Shown here: piece by piece, positions 28,407 through 38,134 of the stretch
Position numbering within the stretch: the stretch's first letter is position 1
How the letters are laid out: every line of letters begins with the position of its first letter
NCBI GenBank assembly: GCA_963769885.1
Contig: CAVYNH010000004.1
Coordinates: forward strand, 256,001 to 320,000
Direction of reading: 5' to 3'
DNA length: 64,000 bases
DNA from: Methanobacteriota archaeon
GTDB lineage: Archaea; Thermoplasmatota; E2; DHVEG-1
Position numbers and translations under genes: made by a program
The notes under the pieces: generated by a model
What the model saw: the letters and a program-made list of their open reading frames with translations, nothing else
Told to the model about the DNA's origin: nothing
Database searches by the model: none

Positions 28407-28536
28407 CTGGCTCTGCAGGTGGGAGTTCCCGGGGGTTTTTCTCCTGGTTGCCCCTCCTGGGGTCTAAGGGGAACCTTTTTAAAGCTTACTGTTATTTACG
28501 GACTTCATCTTATCCGTCTTCATCGGAGGAAGAGAA

Positions 28537-28716
28537 TTGAATTACACCCGTTTCGAGAAAGCTCGTATCATCGGTGCCCGGGCCCTGCAGTTGTCGATGG
28601 GGGCGCCGTGTTTGCTGGCGAACCTTCCTAAGGAAATCATCGATCCTGTGGACATTGCGATGCTTGAGTTCGACGAGGGCGCGATTCCCATCACCGTGAA
28701 ACGTAGAGAGAGCTAA
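28537..28716 (+). CDS. rpoK: DNA-directed RNA polymerase subunit K (Rpo6)
   Basis: Manual translation from TTG: [24 protein letters not shown]...IPITVKR. Confidence 0.95.
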   Translation: MNYTRFEKARIIGARALQLSMGAPCLLANLPKEIIDPVDIAMLEFDEGAIPITVKRRES

Positions 28717-28732
28717 GAGAGACCGAAGGCCT

Positions 28733-29365
28733 ATGGCGGAAGAGAAACCCGTGGAGCAGCAGGATTCTGAGAACCCGATGCTGGTCAGCGAAGAGATTTA
28801 CATGACGTCCGGCGTTCATATTGGGACGCGACAGAAGACCGCGGACATCCGGGATTTCATTTACAAGGTCCGGAATGACGGCCTGTATATCATCGATGTG
28901 AAGAAGACGAACGAGCGGATCCGCAACGCGGCGAAGCTGCTGGCGCGCTACAACCCGTCCAAGGTGCTGGTGGTGTCGGTGCGGCAGTACGGGCAGAAGC
29001 CGGTGCAGAAGCTCGGCGAGTACACGAAGATCCAGGTGCTGGCTGGTCGGTTCCAGCCGGGGACGTTGACGAACCCGAACGCGAAGACGTTCCTGGAGCC
29101 GGAGATCATTATGTTGACTGACCCGCTGGCTGATGTGCAGGCGTTGCATGAGGCGAAGAACATCGGGATCCCGGTGGTGGCCTTGTGCGATACGAATAAT
29201 GAGACGAAGTACATCGATTACATCATCCCGACGAACAACAAGGGGCGTCGGGCGCTGGCGCTGATCTACTGGCTGCTGACGCGGGCGATCCTGCGGGAGC
29301 AGGGGAAGATCGCCTCGGATGAGGAGTTCACGGCGTCGGTCGAGGACTTCGAAGCCGAGATCTAA
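28733..29365 (+). CDS. rps2: 30S ribosomal protein S2
   Basis: SGVHIGT, GRFQPGTLTNP, IPTNNKG. Confidence 0.96.
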   Translation: MAEEKPVEQQDSENPMLVSEEIYMTSGVHIGTRQKTADIRDFIYKVRNDGLYIIDVKKTNERIRNAAKLLARYNPSKVLVVSVRQYGQKPVQKLGEYTKIQVLAGRFQPGTLTNPNAKTFLEPEIIMLTDPLADVQALHEAKNIGIPVVALCDTNNETKYIDYIIPTNNKGRRALALIYWLLTRAILREQGKIASDEEFTASVEDFEAEI

Positions 29366-29406
29366 TGGCCCCCCATTGTGTTTCTTTGGTGTGGCGGTAG
29401 TCTCCC

Positions 29407-30579
29407 ATGGAAGTGCAGGTAAGCGACCGGATTGTTCTGATTGGGACCGCCCATATTTCTGCGGAGAGCGTGGCGGAGGTCCGCGCGGCGATCGAGAAGT
29501 ACAAGCCGGATATTGTCGCGGTTGAGCTGTGTCAACGGCGCTGTGACGTGCTGACGAAGAAGATCCAGTGGGAGGAGACGCCGGTCACGTCGCTGATCCG
29601 GTCGAACAATGCGTATTATATGCTGGCGCAGACGTTTCTGTCGTCGATCCAGCGCAAGCTTGGCGAGGAGTACGGCGTGCAGCCGGGCTCTGAGATGGTC
29701 GCGGCGATGGAGGAGGCGAAGCAGCGGAACCTGCCGGTCGCCTTGGTTGACCGGGACATCACGGTGACGTTGAAGCGCGCGTGGCGCACGATGGGGTTTT
29801 TGGAGAAGGTGAAGGTCGGCTGGGAGTTCATCAAGGCCATGGTCGGCTTTGAGGACGAGGAGTTGGAAGAGCTGGACCTCAAGGAGCTGATGAAGCAGGA
29901 TGTGATCAGCTCGATGATGGAGGAGTTCAGCAAGATCGCGCCGAGCGCCTCCAACGTGTTGATCCATGAACGCGACCAGTACATCGCTACGAAGATAAAG
30001 GAAGAGAGCAAGAGAGGCCGCGTCCTTGCAGTCGTTGGCGCCGGGCATCTGACCGGGATTCAGGCGGAGCTGCAAAAGACGGAGGAGCCGTCGCTGCCGG
30101 AGCTTGAGAAGATCCCGAAGAAACGGGTGACCCTCAGCCGGGTCGTCGCAGTGCTGGTGCCGTTGTTGTTCATCGGGATCATAGCGTATCTGCTTCTGAC
30201 GCGTGGGGAGAGTGCATGGAATTCGATTGCGAACATGTTCTTGTGGTGGTTCCTGATTCATGGCGGGATCTCCGCGCTGGGGGCAGCGATCGCGCGGGGC
30301 CATCCGTTGGCGATTGGGACCGCATTCCTGGCGGCGCCGTTTACGTCGCTGGAGCCGTTCTTCGCGCCCGGGTGGTTCGCGGGGTTGGTGGAGGCGAAGT
30401 TCCGCAAACCGGTCATCAGGGACTTCCAGAACCTGGGGAAGATTACAAGTACGCGGGAGTTCCTTAACAACAAGGTGATTCGCCTGCTGATGGTCGTGGC
30501 CTTGGCGAACTTGGGGAGCATCATCGCGACGATCGTGTATTTCCCGCTGTTACCGTGGCTGTTGAAGATCGGGTTTTGA
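29407..30579 (+). CDS. TraB/GumN (Tiki) family membrane protein
   Basis: LIGTAHIS, VAVELC, PGSEM, ERD, VVGAGH; C-terminal TMs. Confidence 0.9.
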   Translation: MEVQVSDRIVLIGTAHISAESVAEVRAAIEKYKPDIVAVELCQRRCDVLTKKIQWEETPVTSLIRSNNAYYMLAQTFLSSIQRKLGEEYGVQPGSEMVAAMEEAKQRNLPVALVDRDITVTLKRAWRTMGFLEKVKVGWEFIKAMVGFEDEELEELDLKELMKQDVISSMMEEFSKIAPSASNVLIHERDQYIATKIKEESKRGRVLAVVGAGHLTGIQAELQKTEEPSLPELEKIPKKRVTLSRVVAVLVPLLFIGIIAYLLLTRGESAWNSIANMFLWWFLIHGGISALGAAIARGHPLAIGTAFLAAPFTSLEPFFAPGWFAGLVEAKFRKPVIRDFQNLGKITSTREFLNNKVIRLLMVVALANLGSIIATIVYFPLLPWLLKIGF

Positions 30580-30682
30580 AGGCAAATTTCTGTTCATTCA
30601 CTTGATCCAGAGGACTTTCCGTCGGGTTTAAAGGATGAGCGTCGATACTTCTTCTTGAGCCGCTGTGAGGGGTTGAAGCCGC

Positions 30683-31417
30683 GTGGAGAAGCGTGAGCCG
30701 AAGATCTATAGCTCGTTTCAGGATTTACCGCCGCGGGAGTACATGTACATCCCGGAGGGGCAGCTGGAGGTCGGGCGTCCCGGGTCGTTCGGCCGTATCG
30801 AGCTGATGCACATCGGCATCGCTTTGGTCGTGTTAACAGTGGCGTTCGCGTTGTCGTTCTCAGCGAACCAGCTGCCGATCCTTGGGTTGAACGTGGCTGG
30901 GTTTCTGGCTGCGCTGCCATTGTCGCTGCTGGGGATGGTGACAGGGTTCATGTTGCACGAGCTCGCGCATAAGTTCATGGCGCAGAGGTTAGGGCTATGG
31001 GCCGAGTTCCGTATCTTTCCCCTTGGTTTGGTATTGTCATTGGTCGTAGTTTTATTCACGGGGTTCGTGTTCGCGGCACCGGGTGCGGTGATGTTCCGTG
31101 GGAATGCGCGGGTTGAGGAGACCGGCAGGATCGCATCTGCGGGACCCTTGACGAACATTGTGATTGCGGCGGTGATGTTCGCGCTGGTCCCTTTGGTTGG
31201 TTCCGTGTCGGTGTTCGGGGTGAATCTCGACGAGGTGTTGATCTTCATCTGTTTCATTAATGGTCTGCTGGCGGTGTTCAATCTGCTGCCGTTTGGGCCG
31301 CTTGATGGGCGGAAGGTGTTTGCGTGGAATGGGCTGGTGTGGGCGGGGTTGATGGTGGCCGCGGTGGTGTTGGTGATGGCGCGGTTTGAGGCTGGTGTGC
31401 TGTTCCCGGGTTTATAA
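30683..31417 (+). CDS. Site-2 (M50) intramembrane metalloprotease
   Basis: HELAH, AGP, FNLLPFGPLDG. Confidence 0.9.
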   Translation: MEKREPKIYSSFQDLPPREYMYIPEGQLEVGRPGSFGRIELMHIGIALVVLTVAFALSFSANQLPILGLNVAGFLAALPLSLLGMVTGFMLHELAHKFMAQRLGLWAEFRIFPLGLVLSLVVVLFTGFVFAAPGAVMFRGNARVEETGRIASAGPLTNIVIAAVMFALVPLVGSVSVFGVNLDEVLIFICFINGLLAVFNLLPFGPLDGRKVFAWNGLVWAGLMVAAVVLVMARFEAGVLFPGL

Positions 31418-31465
31418 GGCATGTGGGGAAACTCTTATATCCTGGGGCGGGGAATGGTGGGGGAA

Positions 31466-32218
31466 ATGAAGACGATTGGGGTGTTTACTCGGGATTTTTC
31501 GCTGTATCATGATGTGATTGCGGTGTTGAAGCGGCGGATGCTGGGGTATGTGTCGTTATCGTCGCTTGAGGATATTCCGCGGCGGGTGGGCGTGATTCTG
31601 ACGTCGGAGGAGGAGCTGGCGTCGATTCCGTTGTTGAAGGCGGTGGCGGCGGATGCGTATGAGTCCGTGGATTGTGCGGTGGATTTGGCGTTGCAGAAGC
31701 TGACGGGGAAGGAGTTGTATTCGCGGTTGGTGGTGGGGATTGATCCGGGGGAGCGGCCGGGGTTGGCGGTGATGGGGGATGATGTGCTGCTGCAGAAGAC
31801 GAGTGTGGATGACCCGGGGGATGTGGTGTCTGAGGTGCGGCGGATTCAGCGGGTGTATCCGGCGAAGGAGATGGGGATCCGGATTGGGCATGGGTCCGTG
31901 ATTTTGCGCAATCGGATTATTAATTCGTTGATTCCGTTGGAGGTTCCGATTGAGATTGTGGATGAGTCACGGACCACACTTCCTGAGTTGCAGCGGGTCG
32001 CGCGGGATCGGGAGGCCGCGGCCGCGATCGCGTTGTTGAACGGGGGGCGGGTGGCGTCGCGGTTGCCGCTGGAGCCGACGCGGGGCGCGATTCGGAACGT
32101 GCAGCGGCACAGCCGGCAGCTGACGGACGGGCGGTTCACGATCTCGGAGGAGGTGGCGCTGCGGGTGCTGCGCGGCGAGCTGAGCCTCTCGGAGGCCGTT
32201 GAAGGCGTCCATGGATAA
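31466..32218 (+). CDS. Archaeal protein with RNase H-like (YqgF/RuvC-type) domain
   Basis: VVGIDPG...GLAV, IVDE, D...AAAIAL. Confidence 0.7.
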   Translation: MKTIGVFTRDFSLYHDVIAVLKRRMLGYVSLSSLEDIPRRVGVILTSEEELASIPLLKAVAADAYESVDCAVDLALQKLTGKELYSRLVVGIDPGERPGLAVMGDDVLLQKTSVDDPGDVVSEVRRIQRVYPAKEMGIRIGHGSVILRNRIINSLIPLEVPIEIVDESRTTLPELQRVARDREAAAAIALLNGGRVASRLPLEPTRGAIRNVQRHSRQLTDGRFTISEEVALRVLRGELSLSEAVEGVHG

Positions 32219-32318
32219 TAATTATCTCGTCTCTTTTCAGGAACGTGAAATCTAGAAGGTATCCTTATCATAAAATTTATATAAATGATATGTATTAGCA
32301 TCACACGGAGGACGTGAT

Positions 32319-32939
32319 ATGAAGAAAATTCTTGGAATCCTTGTTTGTATGCTGTTGATGACCACGCTTTTCCCAATCTCAGCTATGGCTGGAGACATGG
32401 AACACCCTGAAATATCGGACGCTATGGGAGACGGGATATTGAGCGTTGATATCCAAAAAGCCTGGTTCTCTGAGAACCCATCGACTCCGGATTATCTCTA
32501 TGTTACGATTCAGCTTGCGGCCCTCGAGCCATTTTATCGAGGGACTCTCCTGAATGACGTCTTCTGGACCATGAATGGTGAAAAATATTATGTTGCCGGT
32601 TGTCTCGGACGATATTTGGCCGGCGTCATCCATCGGTTGTATATAGATGTGGGTCTTGTACATCAGTATCAAGGGACTGAGATTAACGGTTTTCTGGATT
32701 TAACAAATCAAACGATCACCTGTATTATTCCGAAGTTACTCATCGGCAACCCGCACCCTGGCTATATCCTCACGAGGACCTTCGCCTGGTCATCGCAGCG
32801 CACCCCGTTCATGGAAAAGTTGGGGTGGGACGCCATGGTGAGGAGTTTGTTCTTTCAGAGGTTTGGATTAAGTAAGCTCAGCTGGATCGACCAGGCACCG
32901 GACAGCGGATACGGAAACGATTACACCATTCTCTACTAA
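32319..32939 (+). CDS. Secreted hypothetical protein
   Basis: Signal peptide MKKILGILVCMLL. Confidence 0.7.
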   Translation: MKKILGILVCMLLMTTLFPISAMAGDMEHPEISDAMGDGILSVDIQKAWFSENPSTPDYLYVTIQLAALEPFYRGTLLNDVFWTMNGEKYYVAGCLGRYLAGVIHRLYIDVGLVHQYQGTEINGFLDLTNQTITCIIPKLLIGNPHPGYILTRTFAWSSQRTPFMEKLGWDAMVRSLFFQRFGLSKLSWIDQAPDSGYGNDYTILY

Positions 32940-33084
32940 GAACACAGTGCAGCGCAGCACCCTTTCTTTTTTTTCTTTCATCTTCTCTCCTCTTTGTACT
33001 GCCTAAACCGAAGTCCGGTCTGTACGACGACAGTCTTTCTTCTGCACCCTTCCGATGAGTGTGAAAGTAACGGTTTCCCGCCAT
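32878..33084 (-). CDS. Small basic ORF with NRYFHTHRK motif (3' end uncertain)
   Basis: Motif shared at protein level with ORF 51568-51741. Confidence 0.35.
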   Translation of the reverse strand: MAGNRYFHTHRKGAEERLSSYRPDFGLGSTKRREDERKKRKGAALHCVLSREWCNRFRIRCPVPGRSS

Positions 33085-33172
33085 AAGTACGATTGGATTT
33101 GCCTCATTTGTACGATTTGTCAGTAGAGTAAATATTTTGTTGAGGCAGGGAGAATGGAGGGGTGGGCGGGCG

Positions 33173-34198
33173 CTATGTCTCAGTGGTAAACGTAAATACT
33201 TTGGTCGTAGTATCTTTACCGTCGGTGACTTGGACGGTCCAGGTGTAGAGGGTGGCGCTTTGCAGACTGCTGATGGGCACGTTGTAGGTGCCGTCTTTGA
33301 GCTGGTTGCCGTTCCCGCCGCCGATGTCGGGGTTGGTGACGACGCTGTAGCTCATCAGGTCGCCGTCGAAGTCTTGGATCGCAAATTGGAGCTGGGTGGT
33401 GTTCATAGGGACTTGCGTGGCGCCGTCCAGGGGGTAGACGGCTTCGATTTCTGGGGCGTTGTTCGGGTTCCATTGGACGATGTTCTTGGCGGCGACCTGG
33501 GTGAAGGCCGCGTAGCCGAACAGGGCGTAACCGGAGATCGGTGGCAGGAAGATGCTGAAGCCGATACCCCAGAATCCGAGGGAGAATCCGTGTTGTTTCC
33601 CGGTGGCGATGAACCCGGTGTGGGAGAGGAGGCCGCCGATGGAGGCGACTCCGACTTGGGTTTTCCAGAAGATGAAGATCCGCGGGACGGGGAGTTCGAT
33701 GAGGGGGAGGTACCTTGGTAGGATGATGAGGGGAAGGACGCCTCCGGTTCCCGTTGTGGCCATGTTGCAGACGAACTCATGGTCTCTATCTTGGCCGAAG
33801 AGCGTCGGCTGGGGCATATTGACGAGGCGTTCGCGGTAGTGTTGCAGCTGGGTGTGGACGTCGGCTGCGGTGAGGCCGTCTGGGAGGATGCCGTCTGCCT
33901 CCGCGTCGTAGAGAATCTGCTGCTGTACCGCTTGTGTTGCGGTGGATTGGGGACCGGCTGCGATGGCGTCTGCTAGCTTGGTGAAGAGCTCATGGAAGTG
34001 CTGTGCCTTCTCAACGGTGATGGTGGTGGTGTGCTGTCGTCCTGCGAAATAGCAGGTGATTGTCGCGGCTCCGTCTGTGGCTGGTTTCGTGGTTTGGATG
34101 GTTTGCTTTGTGAGTGAAGCAGCTGGCACTGAGGAGCTTACGAGTACGAGCGCCAGCGCTATGACTGAAACGAGAACCTTGTAGTTCATATGGTTCAT
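33173..34198 (-). CDS. Secreted protein, paralogue of the upstream gene, with C-terminal Ig/Fn3-like domain
   Basis: Signal peptide; IILPR...GFWGIGFSIFLPP block shared with 34427-36245. Confidence 0.8.
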   Translation of the reverse strand: MNHMNYKVLVSVIALALVLVSSSVPAASLTKQTIQTTKPATDGAATITCYFAGRQHTTTITVEKAQHFHELFTKLADAIAAGPQSTATQAVQQQILYDAEADGILPDGLTAADVHTQLQHYRERLVNMPQPTLFGQDRDHEFVCNMATTGTGGVLPLIILPRYLPLIELPVPRIFIFWKTQVGVASIGGLLSHTGFIATGKQHGFSLGFWGIGFSIFLPPISGYALFGYAAFTQVAAKNIVQWNPNNAPEIEAVYPLDGATQVPMNTTQLQFAIQDFDGDLMSYSVVTNPDIGGGNGNQLKDGTYNVPISSLQSATLYTWTVQVTDGKDTTTKVFTFTTET

Positions 34199-34426
34199 CC
34201 TTCCTTTAACCCCAAGTTAGCGAATTACCTTTACGTATTTTAAATTATCTCAAAGCAGAAAATCAATAATACCAAGAGAAAAACAAAAAAATATCCTTAT
34301 AATGAGAACTTACTCGACTTTCCTTGTATCCTCCTCATTATTTTTACAATAATGGCGTTTTACTAGATGTTCCTGTCAAGGGGAAAGCTGATTAATTTTT
34401 GTGGATGAAATCCCGTTTCGCCTCAG

Positions 34427-36245
34427 TCAATCATATTGGATGTGCAGGATCGGCGGGTTGTTCGGATCTTGTCGTGACCGGAAGTACGTACACACGTTTT
34501 CTCCACTCGTGTCCGCGAGGCGCCAGCCGTAGTTCGGTGTGCCGTGGTAGAAGCTGATGATGTCGCTTGTGACGTCCACAGTCATCCACAATCCAGGCTG
34601 AGATGGGATGTGTCCTGTTGCGCTGGATTGAGGGACATAGGATGGCTGGTTGTTCCATGTCGAAGTGTTTTCGTCCCAGGGGCTCGTGATCCTGTAGAAG
34701 TTAACCGGGTTTCCGGCCGGGTTTCCGTCAACACTCTTCCAGTAGTAGATATCCATGGTGGCGGAGCTGATGGTGATATTCGGTGGGAGCATGCTGAGGT
34801 CGTATTGAAGGAGGATGTCCCATTCCCACCCAGAGAGGCTTCGGACGACGATGTGATCGAGGGGGCCGCAGTTCCAATCGGGGTGGTTCTCCTCGAGGGT
34901 GTTGTCTTGGATTGGATTGATGTGGAATTCGTGTTCGGCAGTGGTCTGGAAGGTATAGACCTGATGGCTGGAGTGGGTGCCGTCTGAGGCGTTGACGTAC
35001 CATGTGGTACTGAGTCGAATACTGTAAATTGGAGACCGGGATGCTGAATCGGCCGTTATGCTGGTTGGTCTGGCTGCCGTGGCCGATGTCAGGGGAGGTT
35101 TCGACGGTGTAGCTGATGGGGTCGTTTTGGTAGTCGGTGAGGGTGAAGCTGAGGTTGCCGAGGGTGATGGGGATGTACTTTGCATGGTCTATTGGCTTGG
35201 GGTCTGTGATGGCGGGGGCGAGCATTTCGGTCGTGAAGCTGTAGGTTCCGATGGTGGTGTCTTTTCCATCGGAGACTTGGACGGTCCAGGTGTATGTAGT
35301 CGAGCTTTGGAGGTTTGTGATGGGGACCGTGTAGGTCCCATCGCGTTTCATGTTCCCGTTGCCGCCGCCGACGTCCGGGGTGGTGGTGACGCTGTAGCTC
35401 ATGAAGTCGCTGTCATCGTCCTTGATGTGGAACTGGAGTTCGTTCGTGTTCGTGGAGACATGGGTCGCGCCGTCGAGGGGGAAGACCGCAGAGACTTCTG
35501 GTGGGTTGTTAGGCGGCCATTGTTCAATGTAATCTGCGGTGACTTTGGTGTAGGCTGCGTACCCGATGAGGCCGTAGCCGCTGAGCGGCGGGAGGAAGAT
35601 GCTGAAGCCGATGCCCCAGAAGCCGAGGGCGATGCCTTGCTGGCTTCCTTCGGCGATGAACCCGGTCCGGGAGACAAGGCCGCCGACTGAGGTGATCCCG
35701 TATGAGGTCTTCCATCCGACGAACAGGCGGGGGATCGGGAGTTGGATAATAGGGATGAGCCTGGGGAGGATGATGATGGGGAAGGCGCTGCCTGTCCCAG
35801 AGGTGGCGAAGTTGCAGAGGAACTCTCGGTCGGTCGTCCCATAGGGGAGAGGCGAGGCGTGGGTTGCAGTATGGGCGGCGAGGCGTTCACCGTACTGCCG
35901 GATTATGGTGTGAGCCTCGGTCGCGGTCATGCCCTTGGGGAGGAGGCCGAATGCCTCCGCCTTGGCAAGAATCTGTTGTTGGAGGGCTCGGGTTTCGGTA
36001 GATTGGGGATCGTCTCCGGTCGCCTGGGTGAGTGCAGTAAGGAGCGTCTGGAAGTCTTGAGCGGCCTGTCTGGTCACGGTCACGGTTTGCGGTTTACCGC
36101 CGAAGTAGCAGGTGATTCTCGCTGCCTCGTTTTTCTCCTGCTCCGTAGTGGTTGAGGCGTGGTGTGACAGCAAGGATGCCGGTACAGTAGAGCTAACCAG
36201 CATGAAGGTGAGAACTGCGAGTGAGAAAAGTATCTTGTTTTTCAT
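34427..36245 (-). CDS. Secreted protein with Ig-like repeats and C-terminal DNRLRE-like domain; +1 frameshift near 35006
   Basis: TAC-C-ACA-TGG: removing one C gives YSTQYTWYVN and joins ORFs 34728-36245 and 34427-35185. Confidence 0.75.
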
Positions 36246-36377
36246 AAGTCCGTCCTTCCTTTACCCCGTGTATTAGAATTTCCTTCCCATATATTAAGTT
36301 TATTCTAGGCAGAAAATTAATTGAATAGGCTGTGATAAAGGAAGAAAATCTCCTTAAAATCGTTGTGAAAGGGGTTA

Positions 36378-36668
36378 TTATTCGATTATTTTCTTTGGGT
36401 AGCGGCCGGGGGAGATCGGGCCTTTCTTCCGTCCGTCTTCCCTGATGACGTTGTTGATGCCGTAGGGGTGGTTCTTCAGGGCGTTGTGCAGGTTGACGTG
36501 GCAGGCTGGGCAGACCCTGATCGCGATGTTCTTCTGGTAGTCGATGTGGTGCAGACACAGGCGGCGGTCCTCCAGGGATGGTCTCTCACTGGATTTCGCC
36601 CGTGCTGGCGGGACGTCCTCCCTTGGAACAAGTTCGATGCCGCAGACCTTGCAGTGGTACGGTTTCAC
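36378..36668 (-). CDS. Small zinc-binding HNH-like protein
   Basis: CKVC...LHHIDY...VCPACH...H. Confidence 0.65.
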   Translation of the reverse strand: MKPYHCKVCGIELVPREDVPPARAKSSERPSLEDRRLCLHHIDYQKNIAIRVCPACHVNLHNALKNHPYGINNVIREDGRKKGPISPGRYPKKIIE

Positions 36669-36727
36669 TGGTCTTTCCTATCAGAAATGAGGCTGATAAA
36701 CCTATGTTTTGAAAAATCTTTTTTTCA

Positions 36728-37954
36728 CTAGGCGTGGAGGAACAAGGATGTCTTGAGGATGAGGAAGACTTCGTTTTCGGTATAAATGTTTATTGGAAGC
36801 AAGGCCTGGCTCCTGCTGTACAGGAGGTATGGCCAGTACCCCGGCTTCGAGACGGTTATCAAGTAATGCCACGTGTGCTGGGTAGAACCTGCCAGCGTGA
36901 CGTCACATAGACCGGCGGTGTTGGTATAGCCGGACCCGGCGGCAGGGTCGCGGAGAAGGCGGGGAAGAAGGTCGAGTAAAAAGACATGGACTCTTGCCCC
37001 TTCGAGGGGCGCGGACCAGTTGCTATTGGGGTCTGTGGCCCATACGGTGACATGGACGATGACCGTCGGCGCTTCTGGCGTGTCGTCGGATGCCGAGAGC
37101 CCAGCGTAGTTATAGGCGATTGCCTCGACCGTTATATTTTCGTTCAATGAGTCGATCCATTCGAACGGTGCCTCGGTATCAGTATAGCAATGTCCTCCCA
37201 TCAAGTGAAATTCGACATAGTTTACCCCGCTTTCGCGATCCACAGCTTTGGCCACAAACACGAGATTATTTACTATCTTTTCCCTGAAGAGTGTGATCTC
37301 CGGCGGCGTCTGGTCAAACTTTAAAGATATAGGTTTTCCATAAACCTTGTTCCCCACATTATCTTTGCAATAGGTCTCGAAAGACGGATGATACTGACTG
37401 ATATTGAAGGGACCAGTGTATGGCTGCCACTCATGGTTGGGAGAGTACCGCCACCAAAGCTCCTTGACGCCAGATCCAGGCGTGGTGCTCCCCGCAAGGA
37501 TAGGGTCAACAGCTGTCAGCGTGACAGTGACGTTGCTGATGTACCATCCATGTTGCCCGTTCGGCCAAGGAGGATCGCTCGCCGAGACTATAGGAGGCGT
37601 TCCATCAATCTTGACTTCTACCTGTTTCACATCCTCAATGTTCCCAGCGTTGTCCACCGAATAAAACTGGACCACCGTAACTCCTTCGATTACGAACACG
37701 ATGCCCTCTGAATAAACCTGCCAGCTGCCATTATTACACCGGAAGTAAGTAACGTTCACCCCGGACTCATTGTCCGTCGCATTCAACGTCATTGTGACCC
37801 CCGGCTGCCAGAACCCATTCCACCCCTGCGGATTAAAAACGGCGACCGTCACAGGAGGCGTCATGTCATCGCGGGATGACATTGACCCTCCACACACTAG
37901 CATCACCATGCAGAGACAGAAAAAAATCCCGACTGTTTTCCTCCACATTAACAT
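36728..37954 (-). CDS. Secreted protein with Ig-like beta-sandwich repeats
   Basis: Signal peptide; repeated D.TPP...LNATDNESGV / SVDNAGN. Confidence 0.75.
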   Translation of the reverse strand: MLMWRKTVGIFFCLCMVMLVCGGSMSSRDDMTPPVTVAVFNPQGWNGFWQPGVTMTLNATDNESGVNVTYFRCNNGSWQVYSEGIVFVIEGVTVVQFYSVDNAGNIEDVKQVEVKIDGTPPIVSASDPPWPNGQHGWYISNVTVTLTAVDPILAGSTTPGSGVKELWWRYSPNHEWQPYTGPFNISQYHPSFETYCKDNVGNKVYGKPISLKFDQTPPEITLFREKIVNNLVFVAKAVDRESGVNYVEFHLMGGHCYTDTEAPFEWIDSLNENITVEAIAYNYAGLSASDDTPEAPTVIVHVTVWATDPNSNWSAPLEGARVHVFLLDLLPRLLRDPAAGSGYTNTAGLCDVTLAGSTQHTWHYLITVSKPGYWPYLLYSRSQALLPINIYTENEVFLILKTSLFLHA

Positions 37955-38134
37955 CTTCCCTCAAATAATAAAGGATGAACACATTAATTAATCTATTCAA
38001 ACGAACAAATTTCTTCTTATAAAAAGGCGAAGAGCTAAACTCTCATCCCTCAATATACTCCAACCTAGTTCCTCGCCCTCCGCTGTCACCCAAACGTTTA
38101 TGAGCCTCTTATCAATGCTCCCTGGGTAAGAGTA

